The notes beneath the pieces are model-generated. The model did no database searches, was not told the DNA's origin, and saw only the letters and a list, made by a program, of their open reading frames with translations. A DNA stretch of 37,263 bases from a virus. Its lineage: Duplodnaviria; Caudoviricetes. The stretch's first letter is position 1. Every line of letters begins with the position of its first letter. The stretch covers positions 1-37,263 of the IMG/VR virus record IMGVR_UViG_3300029179_000013; one strand, given 5' to 3'. Positions 27,480-35,607 of this stretch are shown piece by piece. The position numbers were made by a program, and so were the translations under genes.

Positions 27480-29003
27480 TTACCTCGGTTTCTTTTCTGG
27501 AGCTTCGACAAGAACGGCGAAGCCAATGATTTTTATTCTACCAGAACCGCCTTCGGTTCTCATCCTGAATTGTACACCTTTGTACTGAAGAGAGAAGGGT
27601 CTGTTGTATTGTTTTGATAGGGGCAGGAATGTGTAGTCGTCATCTACACCGTCAGGAGCATCAAGGTCAACCGTGATGGTATGCATGAATTTACCCTCGT
27701 GGTTGAAGGCGTCAATAATGATGCGGCCTTGGCCGGAAGCTTGGAGGATAAATTCGCGTGCGTGCTTTGTTTCTGTGAGTGAGCCGTGCCACAGGATGGG
27801 GGTTACGATTTCGAGAGCAGGGATGTTTGTGGCCCCGGTCTCTTCGTATTCTTTTACGTTAAATACACCGCCGGATGTTCCGATGCAGGTTGTCCCGCCG
27901 AGGGCTGCACCGCAGCGCTGGTTAAGGTATTGGGCGGTTGACCATTTGTTTTGGCCATCTGGGGTGGGGGAGATGGACATTGTGAGGCGGGTTGTAAGGG
28001 TGTCGGATTGAGGGAAAAAGACGTGGTATTGGCCGACGTCTTGGTCGTAGTAGGCGCTGATGTCTGCCTTGTTTTTTACAGAGCGGTACAGTTGCTTGTA
28101 AAGTTCCTCGATTTTGGATGAAAGGGGAATGGCGTAAATGGTGACGCCGTTCGCTTCAGAGCGGCGAAGTGAGTGCACGCCGGAACGAGAGCAGAAAAGA
28201 ATGTCTGTGCCGACATTGGCAATGGTGTTGTGTGAGCAGCACCCGACGCCGACAGATGTTTTGTCGTCGATAACCCACTTGGTGTAGTCGGGGGAGATGG
28301 TGTAGACAAGGCATTGGTCGTTTGTAAATATGGCAATACGGGATTGTTCAAACACGCCGAGTCCGGTGATTTCGTCCGATGTGCCAATGATGTTGCGAAT
28401 GTCGATGTCTGCCGCTTTGGTGACGGAGGTTGATGTGGTCGGCTCATCCCGGGTGAAGATGTCTGGTTCGTCAACGCGTGAGAAGTCCACGATTGTGGAG
28501 CGACCAAGTCCGCCAGCAATGGCGAGGCGGCGCTGGATGGCGACACCAAAGGCGGGCCGCTCGCGTTCGTTTGTGGACTTGGTGAATTTTAGGCCATCGT
28601 AGTTGTACATGGCGCTGTCTCGTGAGAAGAAGAACAGCTTGTTGTTGAAGACTGTCGAGGATACCGTTGCGTCTTTGGGGTAGATTTCTTTCGCCTCAAT
28701 GCCATTGGGTTCGGCTTTGATGGTGGTGCCGCCACCGTCGCGCTGTGCCCATGCAAGGAGGCCACGGCCGAAAAATGTGACGTGGCTTATGAGTCGGTCA
28801 CCGGGTGTGGTCTTTCTTGGTTCTAAGGCGCGGTCACGAAGGATGATGCCACGGAAGTTGGCATACCCGTTTTTGAGCTGGTAAAGGTGTTGTTGCTGGC
28901 CGGTGTCGAGGGATGCAACATCTCTTGAGGAATCGATGCCTTGGAAGTCGTCGTAAGTAAATGGGACAAGGCGTTGGCCGCTAGGGGAGGTTACCGAACT
29001 CAT
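27480..29003 (-). CDS. Tail nozzle / head-closure protein (P22 gp10 / T7 gp12-like beta-propeller)
   Basis: DFQGID start, beta-rich repeats, VGCCSHNTIANVGTDILFCSRSGVHSL; sits after the adaptor gene. Confidence 0.8.
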   Translation of the reverse strand: MSSVTSPSGQRLVPFTYDDFQGIDSSRDVASLDTGQQQHLYQLKNGYANFRGIILRDRALEPRKTTPGDRLISHVTFFGRGLLAWAQRDGGGTTIKAEPNGIEAKEIYPKDATVSSTVFNNKLFFFSRDSAMYNYDGLKFTKSTNERERPAFGVAIQRRLAIAGGLGRSTIVDFSRVDEPDIFTRDEPTTSTSVTKAADIDIRNIIGTSDEITGLGVFEQSRIAIFTNDQCLVYTISPDYTKWVIDDKTSVGVGCCSHNTIANVGTDILFCSRSGVHSLRRSEANGVTIYAIPLSSKIEELYKQLYRSVKNKADISAYYDQDVGQYHVFFPQSDTLTTRLTMSISPTPDGQNKWSTAQYLNQRCGAALGGTTCIGTSGGVFNVKEYEETGATNIPALEIVTPILWHGSLTETKHAREFILQASGQGRIIIDAFNHEGKFMHTITVDLDAPDGVDDDYTFLPLSKQYNRPFSLQYKGVQFRMRTEGGSGRIKIIGFAVLVEAPEKKPR

Positions 29004-29599
29004 GTGTAGTTCTCCACCTTAGAAGGGAGGAGAGACTGTGTTTCCGATGGTTTGTCCACAGTGTTCATCTGAAGTTTGCCAGAGCCATACTTGCGTTGGT
29101 ACAGGATTTGGTTGAGGGCTTGGCCATACTCGGCGAAGAAGGTACGGGCTTTGGAGCTGTCCATCCATTTTGCGTAATGGTATACGAGGCCAGAAATCAT
29201 TATCTCATCTGGGATGGGGCGTGTCTCTTGAAGGCTGGTGTAGTAATCGAGGTCGGGAAGGGAGGCATATGGGTGAATGCGTACATCTTCCACAATCTTA
29301 TTGGCATAACGAAGCATGATGCGCTTCACGTTGCTGTCAACAGATTGGGCTTCCATATTTCCAAAGCGTTCGAAAGCGTCGGTGATAAGGTTCTCAAGGG
29401 GAGAGTATGGTGTTGAGACCTGAGGGTTTTGCGCGGACTGGCCGTTGCGAAGCTTACTGGAAGCATAGTGGTCTTTCCAGAGGGCGTTCGCGCTGTCGAC
29501 AACAGCAGGCGTGATTGTCTCGGTCAGGGATTGTGAGCCGGGACGTTCAACGCCAGTGTCATCTGTGTGTGTTGGTTCGCCAGTGGTAGGCTCGGCCAT
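29000..29599 (-). CDS. Head-tail adaptor (gatekeeper-like)
   Basis: Helical ~200-aa protein between capsid and nozzle genes; ATGA-coupled to the nozzle. Confidence 0.6.
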   Translation of the reverse strand: MAEPTTGEPTHTDDTGVERPGSQSLTETITPAVVDSANALWKDHYASSKLRNGQSAQNPQVSTPYSPLENLITDAFERFGNMEAQSVDSNVKRIMLRYANKIVEDVRIHPYASLPDLDYYTSLQETRPIPDEIMISGLVYHYAKWMDSSKARTFFAEYGQALNQILYQRKYGSGKLQMNTVDKPSETQSLLPSKVENYT

Positions 29600-29602
29600 T
29601 TG

Positions 29603-29983
29603 TTATCTTTCCAGTGCTCGAACGATTTTCCCGAATTTCACAAAGGTGTGTTCTGCAAAATAGTCTGCATTCTTTGCATCAACTTTCCAAATCAAAAATG
29701 TTTTTGTGTCATCAAAAGATGGGGAGTATGTGACGCCGCCTGCCATGATGGGGGTGTTACAGTCTTTGTCTTTGGAGATGAAAAGGGTCTTGCCTTCTGG
29801 GTTTACGATGTGTCTTGCGATTTCATCGGCAATGATGTCCATCGGTTTTACTTCTTCCTGTGACTCTTCCTTGGCTTCTGGCTGGGCTTCAGCTTGTGTT
29901 TCAACTTGGGCTTCGGGGGCGGGAGCAGGAGCGGCTGCTTCAGGTTGTGCTTCTGGTTTTTGATTTTTTTTGTTGGCTGACAT
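29603..29983 (-). CDS. Hypothetical protein with Pro/Ala/Glu-rich N-terminus
   Basis: GGAG RBS; low-complexity linker followed by a small globular domain. Confidence 0.7.
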   Translation of the reverse strand: MSANKKNQKPEAQPEAAAPAPAPEAQVETQAEAQPEAKEESQEEVKPMDIIADEIARHIVNPEGKTLFISKDKDCNTPIMAGGVTYSPSFDDTKTFLIWKVDAKNADYFAEHTFVKFGKIVRALER

Positions 29984-30003
29984 ATCGGTCTCCGTTGATT
30001 GAT

Positions 30004-30033
30004 AAAAAAAAGAGCCGGGTGGCCCCGGCTCTT
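30004..30033 (-). terminator. Rho-independent terminator after the major capsid gene
   Basis: GAGCCGGG-GCCA-CCCGGCTC stem followed by a T8 run on the minus strand. Confidence 0.88.
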
Positions 30034-30070
30034 AGTGTAATCATTTTGTTAAGGGGTTGTCGTCCCTTAA

Positions 30071-31261
30071 TTAGGCGGAGACTGCGTTCCATCCTTTGAT
30101 GATGGTGTGCACTTTGCCTTGTGTAAGTTCCAGACCGCACTCGGTGAGGTACTGGTGTTTTACACCGTCGAAGTCCGTCGACTGGATGTTCTTTTGCAAC
30201 TTGGTGTCGCGGCCATCCATGTAGCGGTACTTGACGTGAGGAAGGTCCAGAATGACCATTGCGTTCGCCATCGATGGGATTTGGCGGAACATGGGGTGCA
30301 GGTGCACCATCAGGTCTCCGGCAAAGGTCGAGTAACGAGCCATGGACACACCGTAGGAGCCAGACACTTGCGTTGGCTGCCAACGGTTTTTGGCCACTTC
30401 TTGCAGGTGGGCTGCAACCTTTGGACCAACGAACGCAACTTTTTCTGTTGAGCCGAAGGCAAAGATGTTTTCCACCAGTGCGCGGTCAAAGGATTTCTCT
30501 GTGATGACGCCAGCACCATCAGCGTATGGGTTTGTGGCCGCATCGATGATGTTTGGAATCATGGAGAAAAGACCGCCCGTTGTACGGGTAGGCTGGGCTG
30601 TCGAGCCGTTTGTTTCGGACTTGTTGCCGAAGAAGAACGCACGCTCGATGTCACCCATGTGAAGCTTCAGAGACTTCATCAGAGCCTCTTGCTCTTTGGA
30701 ACCCGTACGCAAGTAGGTGTTCTGCAAAGTGCCAGAGATTTGGATGGCTGTCTTGAAGATTTGGGTGTAGTTGGACTGAACCGTCGCGTCGAAGCTGACA
30801 GGAGCAGGGGACGTACCACCTTCTTTGTCGGCAAAGCCAGCGATTGTCAGGACTGTGTCATCAGCAATCGCAGCGATGGACGAACCTACGCCACGCGTTG
30901 CTGTGATGCCGGTCGTTCCGTTGAAGGCGGTAACCAGCATTGTCTCACCGGTTGCGGGGTTGTACAAGACAGCACCGGGTACGATGAGGGGGTTGTTGTC
31001 GGTGTTTGCATCGATGGTGATGGACGTGTCGCCGGATGTACCGCCAACAGCGCCGTTCACTTGAACGATACGGCTTGGGAGTTCGTCGCGGAAGTGCTTG
31101 AACTCTGGGTCATTTGTGGACTCCGAGGCTGCCATGGAAAGCAGGGCTTGAAGAGGGGCTGTTCCGTTTGGTTCCAACAGAGTGAAAACTTCACGGTAGT
31201 TTTTGGGACGGAAGTCGACTGTGAACTCGCCAGTCCCACGAAGACCTTGGATAGCAGGCAT
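30071..31261 (-). CDS. Major capsid protein (HK97 fold, DUF5309 / SU10-like)
   Basis: EGGTSP, NYTQIFKT...SGT, DIERAFFFG, RTTGGL, YSTFAGDL, TECGLE; GAAAGGA RBS; follows the scaffold gene. Confidence 0.93.
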   Translation of the reverse strand: MPAIQGLRGTGEFTVDFRPKNYREVFTLLEPNGTAPLQALLSMAASESTNDPEFKHFRDELPSRIVQVNGAVGGTSGDTSITIDANTDNNPLIVPGAVLYNPATGETMLVTAFNGTTGITATRGVGSSIAAIADDTVLTIAGFADKEGGTSPAPVSFDATVQSNYTQIFKTAIQISGTLQNTYLRTGSKEQEALMKSLKLHMGDIERAFFFGNKSETNGSTAQPTRTTGGLFSMIPNIIDAATNPYADGAGVITEKSFDRALVENIFAFGSTEKVAFVGPKVAAHLQEVAKNRWQPTQVSGSYGVSMARYSTFAGDLMVHLHPMFRQIPSMANAMVILDLPHVKYRYMDGRDTKLQKNIQSTDFDGVKHQYLTECGLELTQGKVHTIIKGWNAVSA

Positions 31262-31274
31262 GCTATGTTCCTTT

Positions 31275-31420
31275 CAGGTACGATGGGTTGATAGGAACCA
31301 TTTTGCCGGGGTTGGCAAATTGGTTGATTTGGGCGAGCCATTGGACTTTGCGGATAAACACGCGAGGGTCTTAGTGGCGTCAGGTGACAGAGTGGATGAG
31401 GCCGTAGCGTCGACTGTCAG
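31275..31420 (-). promoter_or_regulatory. Structured 5' leader of the capsid mRNA (three stem-loops)
   Basis: UGACAG/CUGUCA stem capped by a cUACGg hairpin (31385-31419), a GCCA..GAC..GCG/CGC..GUC..UGGC stem (31337-31378), and an AACCA-UUUGCC/GGCAAA-UGGUU stem (31296-31325). Confidence 0.65.
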
Positions 31421-31432
31421 AAGTAGGATGAC

Positions 31433-31462
31433 AAAAAGGCTGGAACTTGTCCAGCCTTTTTT
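31433..31462. terminator. Bidirectional intrinsic terminator after the scaffold gene
   Basis: AAAAAGGCTGGA-ACTTG-TCCAGCCTTTTT perfect inverted repeat with A/T tails. Confidence 0.85.
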
Positions 31463-31481
31463 AAGTTGGTTGCCAAGTCGG

Positions 31482-32564
31482 TTATTCCATGAACTTCTTT
31501 TTCATGATGGTGCTGGTCATGGAGTCAATCATTTCTTGGTCAGGGTTGGTCTGCTGCTGTGGAGAGGCGGCAGGTGTACTCGATGAGGATGGGCTGAGGT
31601 TTCCGGTGAAGGCTTGGCGGCGTTGTGCCATTTGGCGGAAACGCTCAAGGTCGGGGGCTTGTTGGTTGTTCTTGAAGTCAGAAGCCAGTGTGTGTGCCAG
31701 ATTGTAGTCCATGAGTTCCCACACGTCGTAGCCGCGACCTTGGACAAACGCCATGAAGTCTTGCTCTGCCTCGTCTGGAAACTGGAACTCGTTCTGGATG
31801 CGAGAGAGGTTGTTGACAATTTGTTGTTGTGCGTTTTTGGCGCTGGTCTCTTTTGCTTCGGTCAGCTTGCCTTCTGCTGTCGAGGCAATTTGAGCGCCGG
31901 ACTTGGAGAGGTTTTGGACCATTTCGGTTAGGGCTTGGATTTGTTGCTCAAGAGCGCCGGTTTTTGCGACGGCTTCTTTATACATAGGGGGGAGCGTTAC
32001 GGCGTTTTGTTGCTCCCACTGAGCTAGGGCCGTTTCAACGTCGGTGATTGGTTCTGGTTTGTTGACGTTGATGTCTTGGCGGCCGGGTTGTTGTTGGCCC
32101 GGCTTGGCTTGGGAGTTGGCGTTCATGGTGGGGTTGGAGGCAAAGGCGGCAAGGGCCGTCTCCAGCATTTGCGCCATCTGGTCATCATTCAGTTCGAGAC
32201 CTTCGGCTGCCGCTTGTTGGCGGAGTTGGTTGAGGAATGTGACGGACTTTGAGATGGGTGCGACTTCCGTCTGGTGTTTGTAGTTGAGGTCGGCGTAGCG
32301 AGAGGCGATGCCGCGCAACTGGTCTGGGGTGTAGACCTTGCCATTGCCAGCTTCAAAGAATTCGAAAGGGTCGGCTTTTGACTTGGCACCTTCTGTCTTG
32401 GGGGCGACGTTGGAGGAAGCGGCTTCCTGTGGGGTTGGGGCGTCAGCTTTGGCTGCCGGTTGTTGGGGTGTTTGCTGTGGGGGTTGTTGTTGAAGGTTGT
32501 CAACACCGAGTTGTTGGTTGACCACTGCATTGATGAGGTCGGCATCTTCTTGGTTCGTATCCAT
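31482..32564 (-). CDS. Capsid scaffolding protein
   Basis: Gln/Pro/Ala-rich, coiled-coil, basic C-terminus; directly upstream of the major capsid gene; GAAAGGA RBS. Confidence 0.8.
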   Translation of the reverse strand: MDTNQEDADLINAVVNQQLGVDNLQQQPPQQTPQQPAAKADAPTPQEAASSNVAPKTEGAKSKADPFEFFEAGNGKVYTPDQLRGIASRYADLNYKHQTEVAPISKSVTFLNQLRQQAAAEGLELNDDQMAQMLETALAAFASNPTMNANSQAKPGQQQPGRQDINVNKPEPITDVETALAQWEQQNAVTLPPMYKEAVAKTGALEQQIQALTEMVQNLSKSGAQIASTAEGKLTEAKETSAKNAQQQIVNNLSRIQNEFQFPDEAEQDFMAFVQGRGYDVWELMDYNLAHTLASDFKNNQQAPDLERFRQMAQRRQAFTGNLSPSSSSTPAASPQQQTNPDQEMIDSMTSTIMKKKFME

Positions 32565-32577
32565 TTCTTTTTCCTTT

Positions 32578-32619
32578 CGTCAGCCGTAGCGGACAGTTTG
32601 TGACCAGCCGTAGCGGGTC
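32578..32619 (-). repeat. Tandem pair of cUACGg hairpins in the scaffold leader
   Basis: CAGCCGTAGCGG at 32581-32592 and 32605-32616 (24-nt period), each closed by a different complementary stem. Confidence 0.8.
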
Positions 32620-32622
32620 GGG

Positions 32623-32937
32623 TTATGGTGTGCCACTCTGGAGAGGGGCGGTCGTAGACTGAGTGGATGCGCTTGATAAAGCAAGGCTGTTTTGAATGAC
32701 AGCGATTATTTTATCTGGTAGCTCACACACTCGGTAAGTTCCTTCGATGATGCCACGATTGTAGTGAAGGACTTCGGGCACAATTGAAGCTTTTGGTTCA
32801 GCCATCTTGCGGAAGAATTCCTCGCGCTCAAAGGCCATGATTTGTTTCATGATTTCCCAGCCATCTGATTTCTGGACTTCCTCTACTTTTTTGAGGACAT
32901 GGGCAAGTTCAGATGGTGAGAGTTTGGATAAATTCAT
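32623..32937 (-). CDS. Small head-module protein (Bbp19-like position before the scaffold)
   Basis: SDGWEIMK...YNRGIIEG pattern of small helical proteins found between portal and scaffold; ATGA-coupled. Confidence 0.65.
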   Translation of the reverse strand: MNLSKLSPSELAHVLKKVEEVQKSDGWEIMKQIMAFEREEFFRKMAEPKASIVPEVLHYNRGIIEGTYRVCELPDKIIAVIQNSLALSSASTQSTTAPLQSGTP

Positions 32938-33572
32938 TGTGAGTTCATGATATAGGAAACCAAAAGGATTGCAATGGATGAAAATACAAAAAGTCCTTGT
33001 TGGAAACCATTGAGGTATTCTGCAAAGAGAGTTGGGGAGTTGAAAAAGGTGTGACTGATTTGATAGGCGACGCCCTTGCCTATGCCGGAAAGGAATAATA
33101 GAGCGGCAATAAGGGGTTGTTCAAGGACGAGGGCGGTCATGGAAAGTGGGAGAGAGACCATGAGGCCGGTCAAGCACATGCCAAAGAAACAGCGGAGCTT
33201 AAGCTTTTGGAGGCCATAGGTTTTTATGGCGCTTTGGGAGATGGGGTGGTGATGGGAAACCCGGGGGTCTTTGCCAAAGAAGAGGGAGACGAGTGGGTCA
33301 ATGAACTCTGTGTTTTCTTTGGGGATTGTTTTGCCCTCGACGTCGGGGAAGTATTGGCCGTGGCCGGTGGCGCGTCCGGCGTAGGAGAAGAGGGCGGGAA
33401 GGAGCGCAATCGGGTGGAGGAGAAAGCCGAGAAGGAGGAATGGAGAGATGCAGAGGAGACGCTCAACGACTTCTGGTGTTTTGGGTTCTCCTCCGCCATC
33501 CATGCGGGAGAAGAAGGCAAGGGCTGCTGAAGAAAACAGAACAAAGGCCGTAAGGATTATGGCAATGGTCAT
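32934..33572 (-). CDS. Multi-pass membrane protein of unknown function
   Basis: About 5-6 hydrophobic segments; tightly packed with both neighbours. Confidence 0.7.
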   Translation of the reverse strand: MTIAIILTAFVLFSSAALAFFSRMDGGGEPKTPEVVERLLCISPFLLLGFLLHPIALLPALFSYAGRATGHGQYFPDVEGKTIPKENTEFIDPLVSLFFGKDPRVSHHHPISQSAIKTYGLQKLKLRCFFGMCLTGLMVSLPLSMTALVLEQPLIAALLFLSGIGKGVAYQISHTFFNSPTLFAEYLNGFQQGLFVFSSIAILLVSYIMNSQ

Positions 33573-33573
33573 G

Positions 33574-33870
33574 TTACTTGCCCAAAGATGAAATCATGTT
33601 GGCGATGTTATTTTGCATCGTGTCGATGCGCTGCGTGATTGACGATTGCATGTTGTTAAACTTCAGGTCTATTTGGGACATGAAGGCTGCAATGTCTTGC
33701 TTGGGCGCGTAGGTTTGAGCCACATCAGCCTTGAACTTTAGGGCTTCTTCTTTCATGGTGGAAATCTCCTTTTTAATTTCCTTGTTCTCTTTCATAATCC
33801 AGCCGCAAAACGGGATGATTATAAAAAGAACAACGGTTTTTGCAATATCCCAGAGAAGTGTGTGCTCCAT
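33574..33870 (-). CDS. Holin-like / single-TM coiled-coil protein
   Basis: N-terminal TM (VVLFIIIPFCGWI), then a coiled coil with TYAPKQD; GAGGA RBS; follows a fibre gene. Confidence 0.55.
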   Translation of the reverse strand: MEHTLLWDIAKTVVLFIIIPFCGWIMKENKEIKKEISTMKEEALKFKADVAQTYAPKQDIAAFMSQIDLKFNNMQSSITQRIDTMQNNIANMISSLGK

Positions 33871-33901
33871 ATTCTTGTGGTCCTCGTTTCTTATTGTGGT
33901 C

Positions 33902-35326
33902 TTATTTTATGCGCCGAACTTTGAATTTTGTTAGGGATGTGTCCGTAAGACGTGACGCACCGGTTGATTGTAAAACTGCTGCTTGAAAATAGTCGCCGGG
34001 TGCACAAGGGACGTGGTCTGTTAAACTTAGGTAACAAGGGCCAGCGTTTACGTTCACGCTCAGAACGCTATAGCTTGCCCCGTTTTTGTAAATGTACACA
34101 TCGTGTCTACCATTTCCAGTTGAGGCAAAGCCAACATTGACAACAATCTCTACGCGACCTGTGAAGTTGACTGTTATTCTTGAGCTGTTTGATAGGGGGT
34201 TGTGCCAGTTGTCATCATCGTACTCATCGGTGCCGTCAAAGAGAATTATCTCAAGGCCGTTGTTGGGAACGGTGGTTGTTGTCGTTTGCGTGCAAGAGCA
34301 GCCGTAGTAGAGGGGACCGATGGAGGCAGCAGTGGCGATTTTGTCTACCGTCAGGGCAATGAGGTCTGCCGTTGTGGCGAAGACGGAGGAGGCCATCTTG
34401 GCGTAGGTGATGATGCTGTTTGCGATTTTGGCTGTTGTTGAGACAGCGCCGTCTGCGATGGTGGCGTTGTATGCTTGCCATGTGATGGCAGTGGTTCCCA
34501 TGGTGCCGCCGTTGTTGGAGGTGCACAGGTAGTCGATGTCCGCGTTTCCGGCGGAGCCTTCCATGACGGTGACGACGGCAGCCACAATTTCGGACCATGT
34601 GTCGCTGTCTGTTTGGCGGGTGAGAATCCAAGGGGTTCCGCCAGAGCCAACTTGGGTGACGACGTATAGGCCGTTGTGTTGGGCGGATGCTTGGTTCTTA
34701 ACAAGGAGTCCTTCGCCAACGAGAAGTGTGACAGTGTCTTGGGCGGGTAGTGCGCCATTGGCTGTGGCTGTCAGAGTAGCGCCGACGCCAGAGGAGCCGT
34801 TGGCGTAGGTGCAAGACGGGAGGGCTGCGGTCGTTGCGGCACGAACCGGGGCTTTGCGTTTCATGCCGGCTGCTGCCGCAATGGCGGCGTTGGCTTGTGT
34901 GGTGGCGATACCTGCTTGGGTCGTGGCAATACCAGCTTGCGTGGTGGCTGTGGCCGCTTGGGTGGTGGCTGTGGCCGCTTGGGTGGTTGCGGTGGTGGCT
35001 GCTGTCTGGGCTTGCGTCTTTGCAAGTTCGGCTGCGTCAAGGATTTGGTCGAAGACAGCTTGGGAGATGTCAGCCCAGTTGGCTTCGGGGTCAACGTAAG
35101 AGCCGGAGCGGTATTGAAGGGTGTAGTTTCCACCGCCAGCGTCTTTGATACGGAACTCAAAGAGGTCTGTTTTGATGTAACCGTCTACGTCAAAGATTTG
35201 GTCGAGAAGGGAGCCGATGGTTTGGCTGGGGCGTTCGGCCGACTCGATGTAGTCGTCAAGCGTGTGCTCCCCCGTTTTGGAGGAGTTGAAACGAATTTGT
35301 TCTGCCCGTGGTTTTGTCTCGGTCAT
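33902..35326 (-). CDS. Fibre protein: N-terminal anchor, Ala/Thr coiled-coil stalk, C-terminal C1q/TNF-like tip
   Basis: TQAATAT heptads; VRAATTA...LLVKNQ...NGLYVV fibre motif; IADGAVSTTAKIA repeat; C-terminal FD..EYD...SSRITV...GDYFQ jelly-roll. Confidence 0.8.
   Translation of the reverse strand: MTETKPRAEQIRFNSSKTGEHTLDDYIESAERPSQTIGSLLDQIFDVDGYIKTDLFEFRIKDAGGGNYTLQYRSGSYVDPEANWADISQAVFDQILDAAELAKTQAQTAATTATTQAATATTQAATATTQAGIATTQAGIATTQANAAIAAAAGMKRKAPVRAATTAALPSCTYANGSSGVGATLTATANGALPAQDTVTLLVGEGLLVKNQASAQHNGLYVVTQVGSGGTPWILTRQTDSDTWSEIVAAVVTVMEGSAGNADIDYLCTSNNGGTMGTTAITWQAYNATIADGAVSTTAKIANSIITYAKMASSVFATTADLIALTVDKIATAASIGPLYYGCSCTQTTTTTVPNNGLEIILFDGTDEYDDDNWHNPLSNSSRITVNFTGRVEIVVNVGFASTGNGRHDVYIYKNGASYSVLSVNVNAGPCYLSLTDHVPCAPGDYFQAAVLQSTGASRLTDTSLTKFKVRRIK
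34893..34997 (-). repeat. Five degenerate 21-nt tandem repeats encoding ATTQA heptads
   Basis: Units begin GCTTG at 34893, 34914, 34935, 34956 and 34977. Confidence 0.85.
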
Positions 35327-35607
35327 TGGATGTTCAACTCCTTCATGAGGGAAACAATCTTGGCTCGGGTTAGGGAGTACTTGGCGTCGTCACGGAACTT
35401 GGACTCGTACGAGTTGACGCGTGCTTCAAGGGCTTTGACTTGGTCAATAAGGGCGCGGTTGTTTGCGTTGAGGGCCATAGACTCTTGGATTAGGGGGGTT
35501 ACAAGTTGGCTGACAGCAGAGAGGACGTAGTTCTGGATGTAACTGCGTTGGTCAGGTGTTAAAGACGAGGCAAAGGCATCGTAGCTTGGGATTGCATTCG
35601 GGTTCAT
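35323..35607 (-). CDS. Small coiled-coil protein after the portal (94 aa)
   Basis: Likely start MNPNAIPS overlapping the portal stop (ATGA) with GAGG RBS; stop coupled to the fibre start. Confidence 0.75.
   Translation of the reverse strand: MNPNAIPSYDAFASSLTPDQRSYIQNYVLSAVSQLVTPLIQESMALNANNRALIDQVKALEARVNSYESKFRDDAKYSLTRAKIVSLMKELNIQ

Noticed and set aside
29940-30383. Frameshift extension of the major capsid protein (T7 10B-like)
   Set aside because: No evident slippery site near the stop, and the alternative frame crosses the terminator.
32578-32619. Mini CRISPR array, given the Cas4-like gene
   Set aside because: Only two 12-nt repeats with a 12-nt spacer, far too short; better explained as RNA hairpins.
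33875-33901. TTGTGGTC direct repeat between the fibre and holin-like genes
   Set aside because: Only 8 nt in two copies, one overlapping the RBS; insufficient support for a function.
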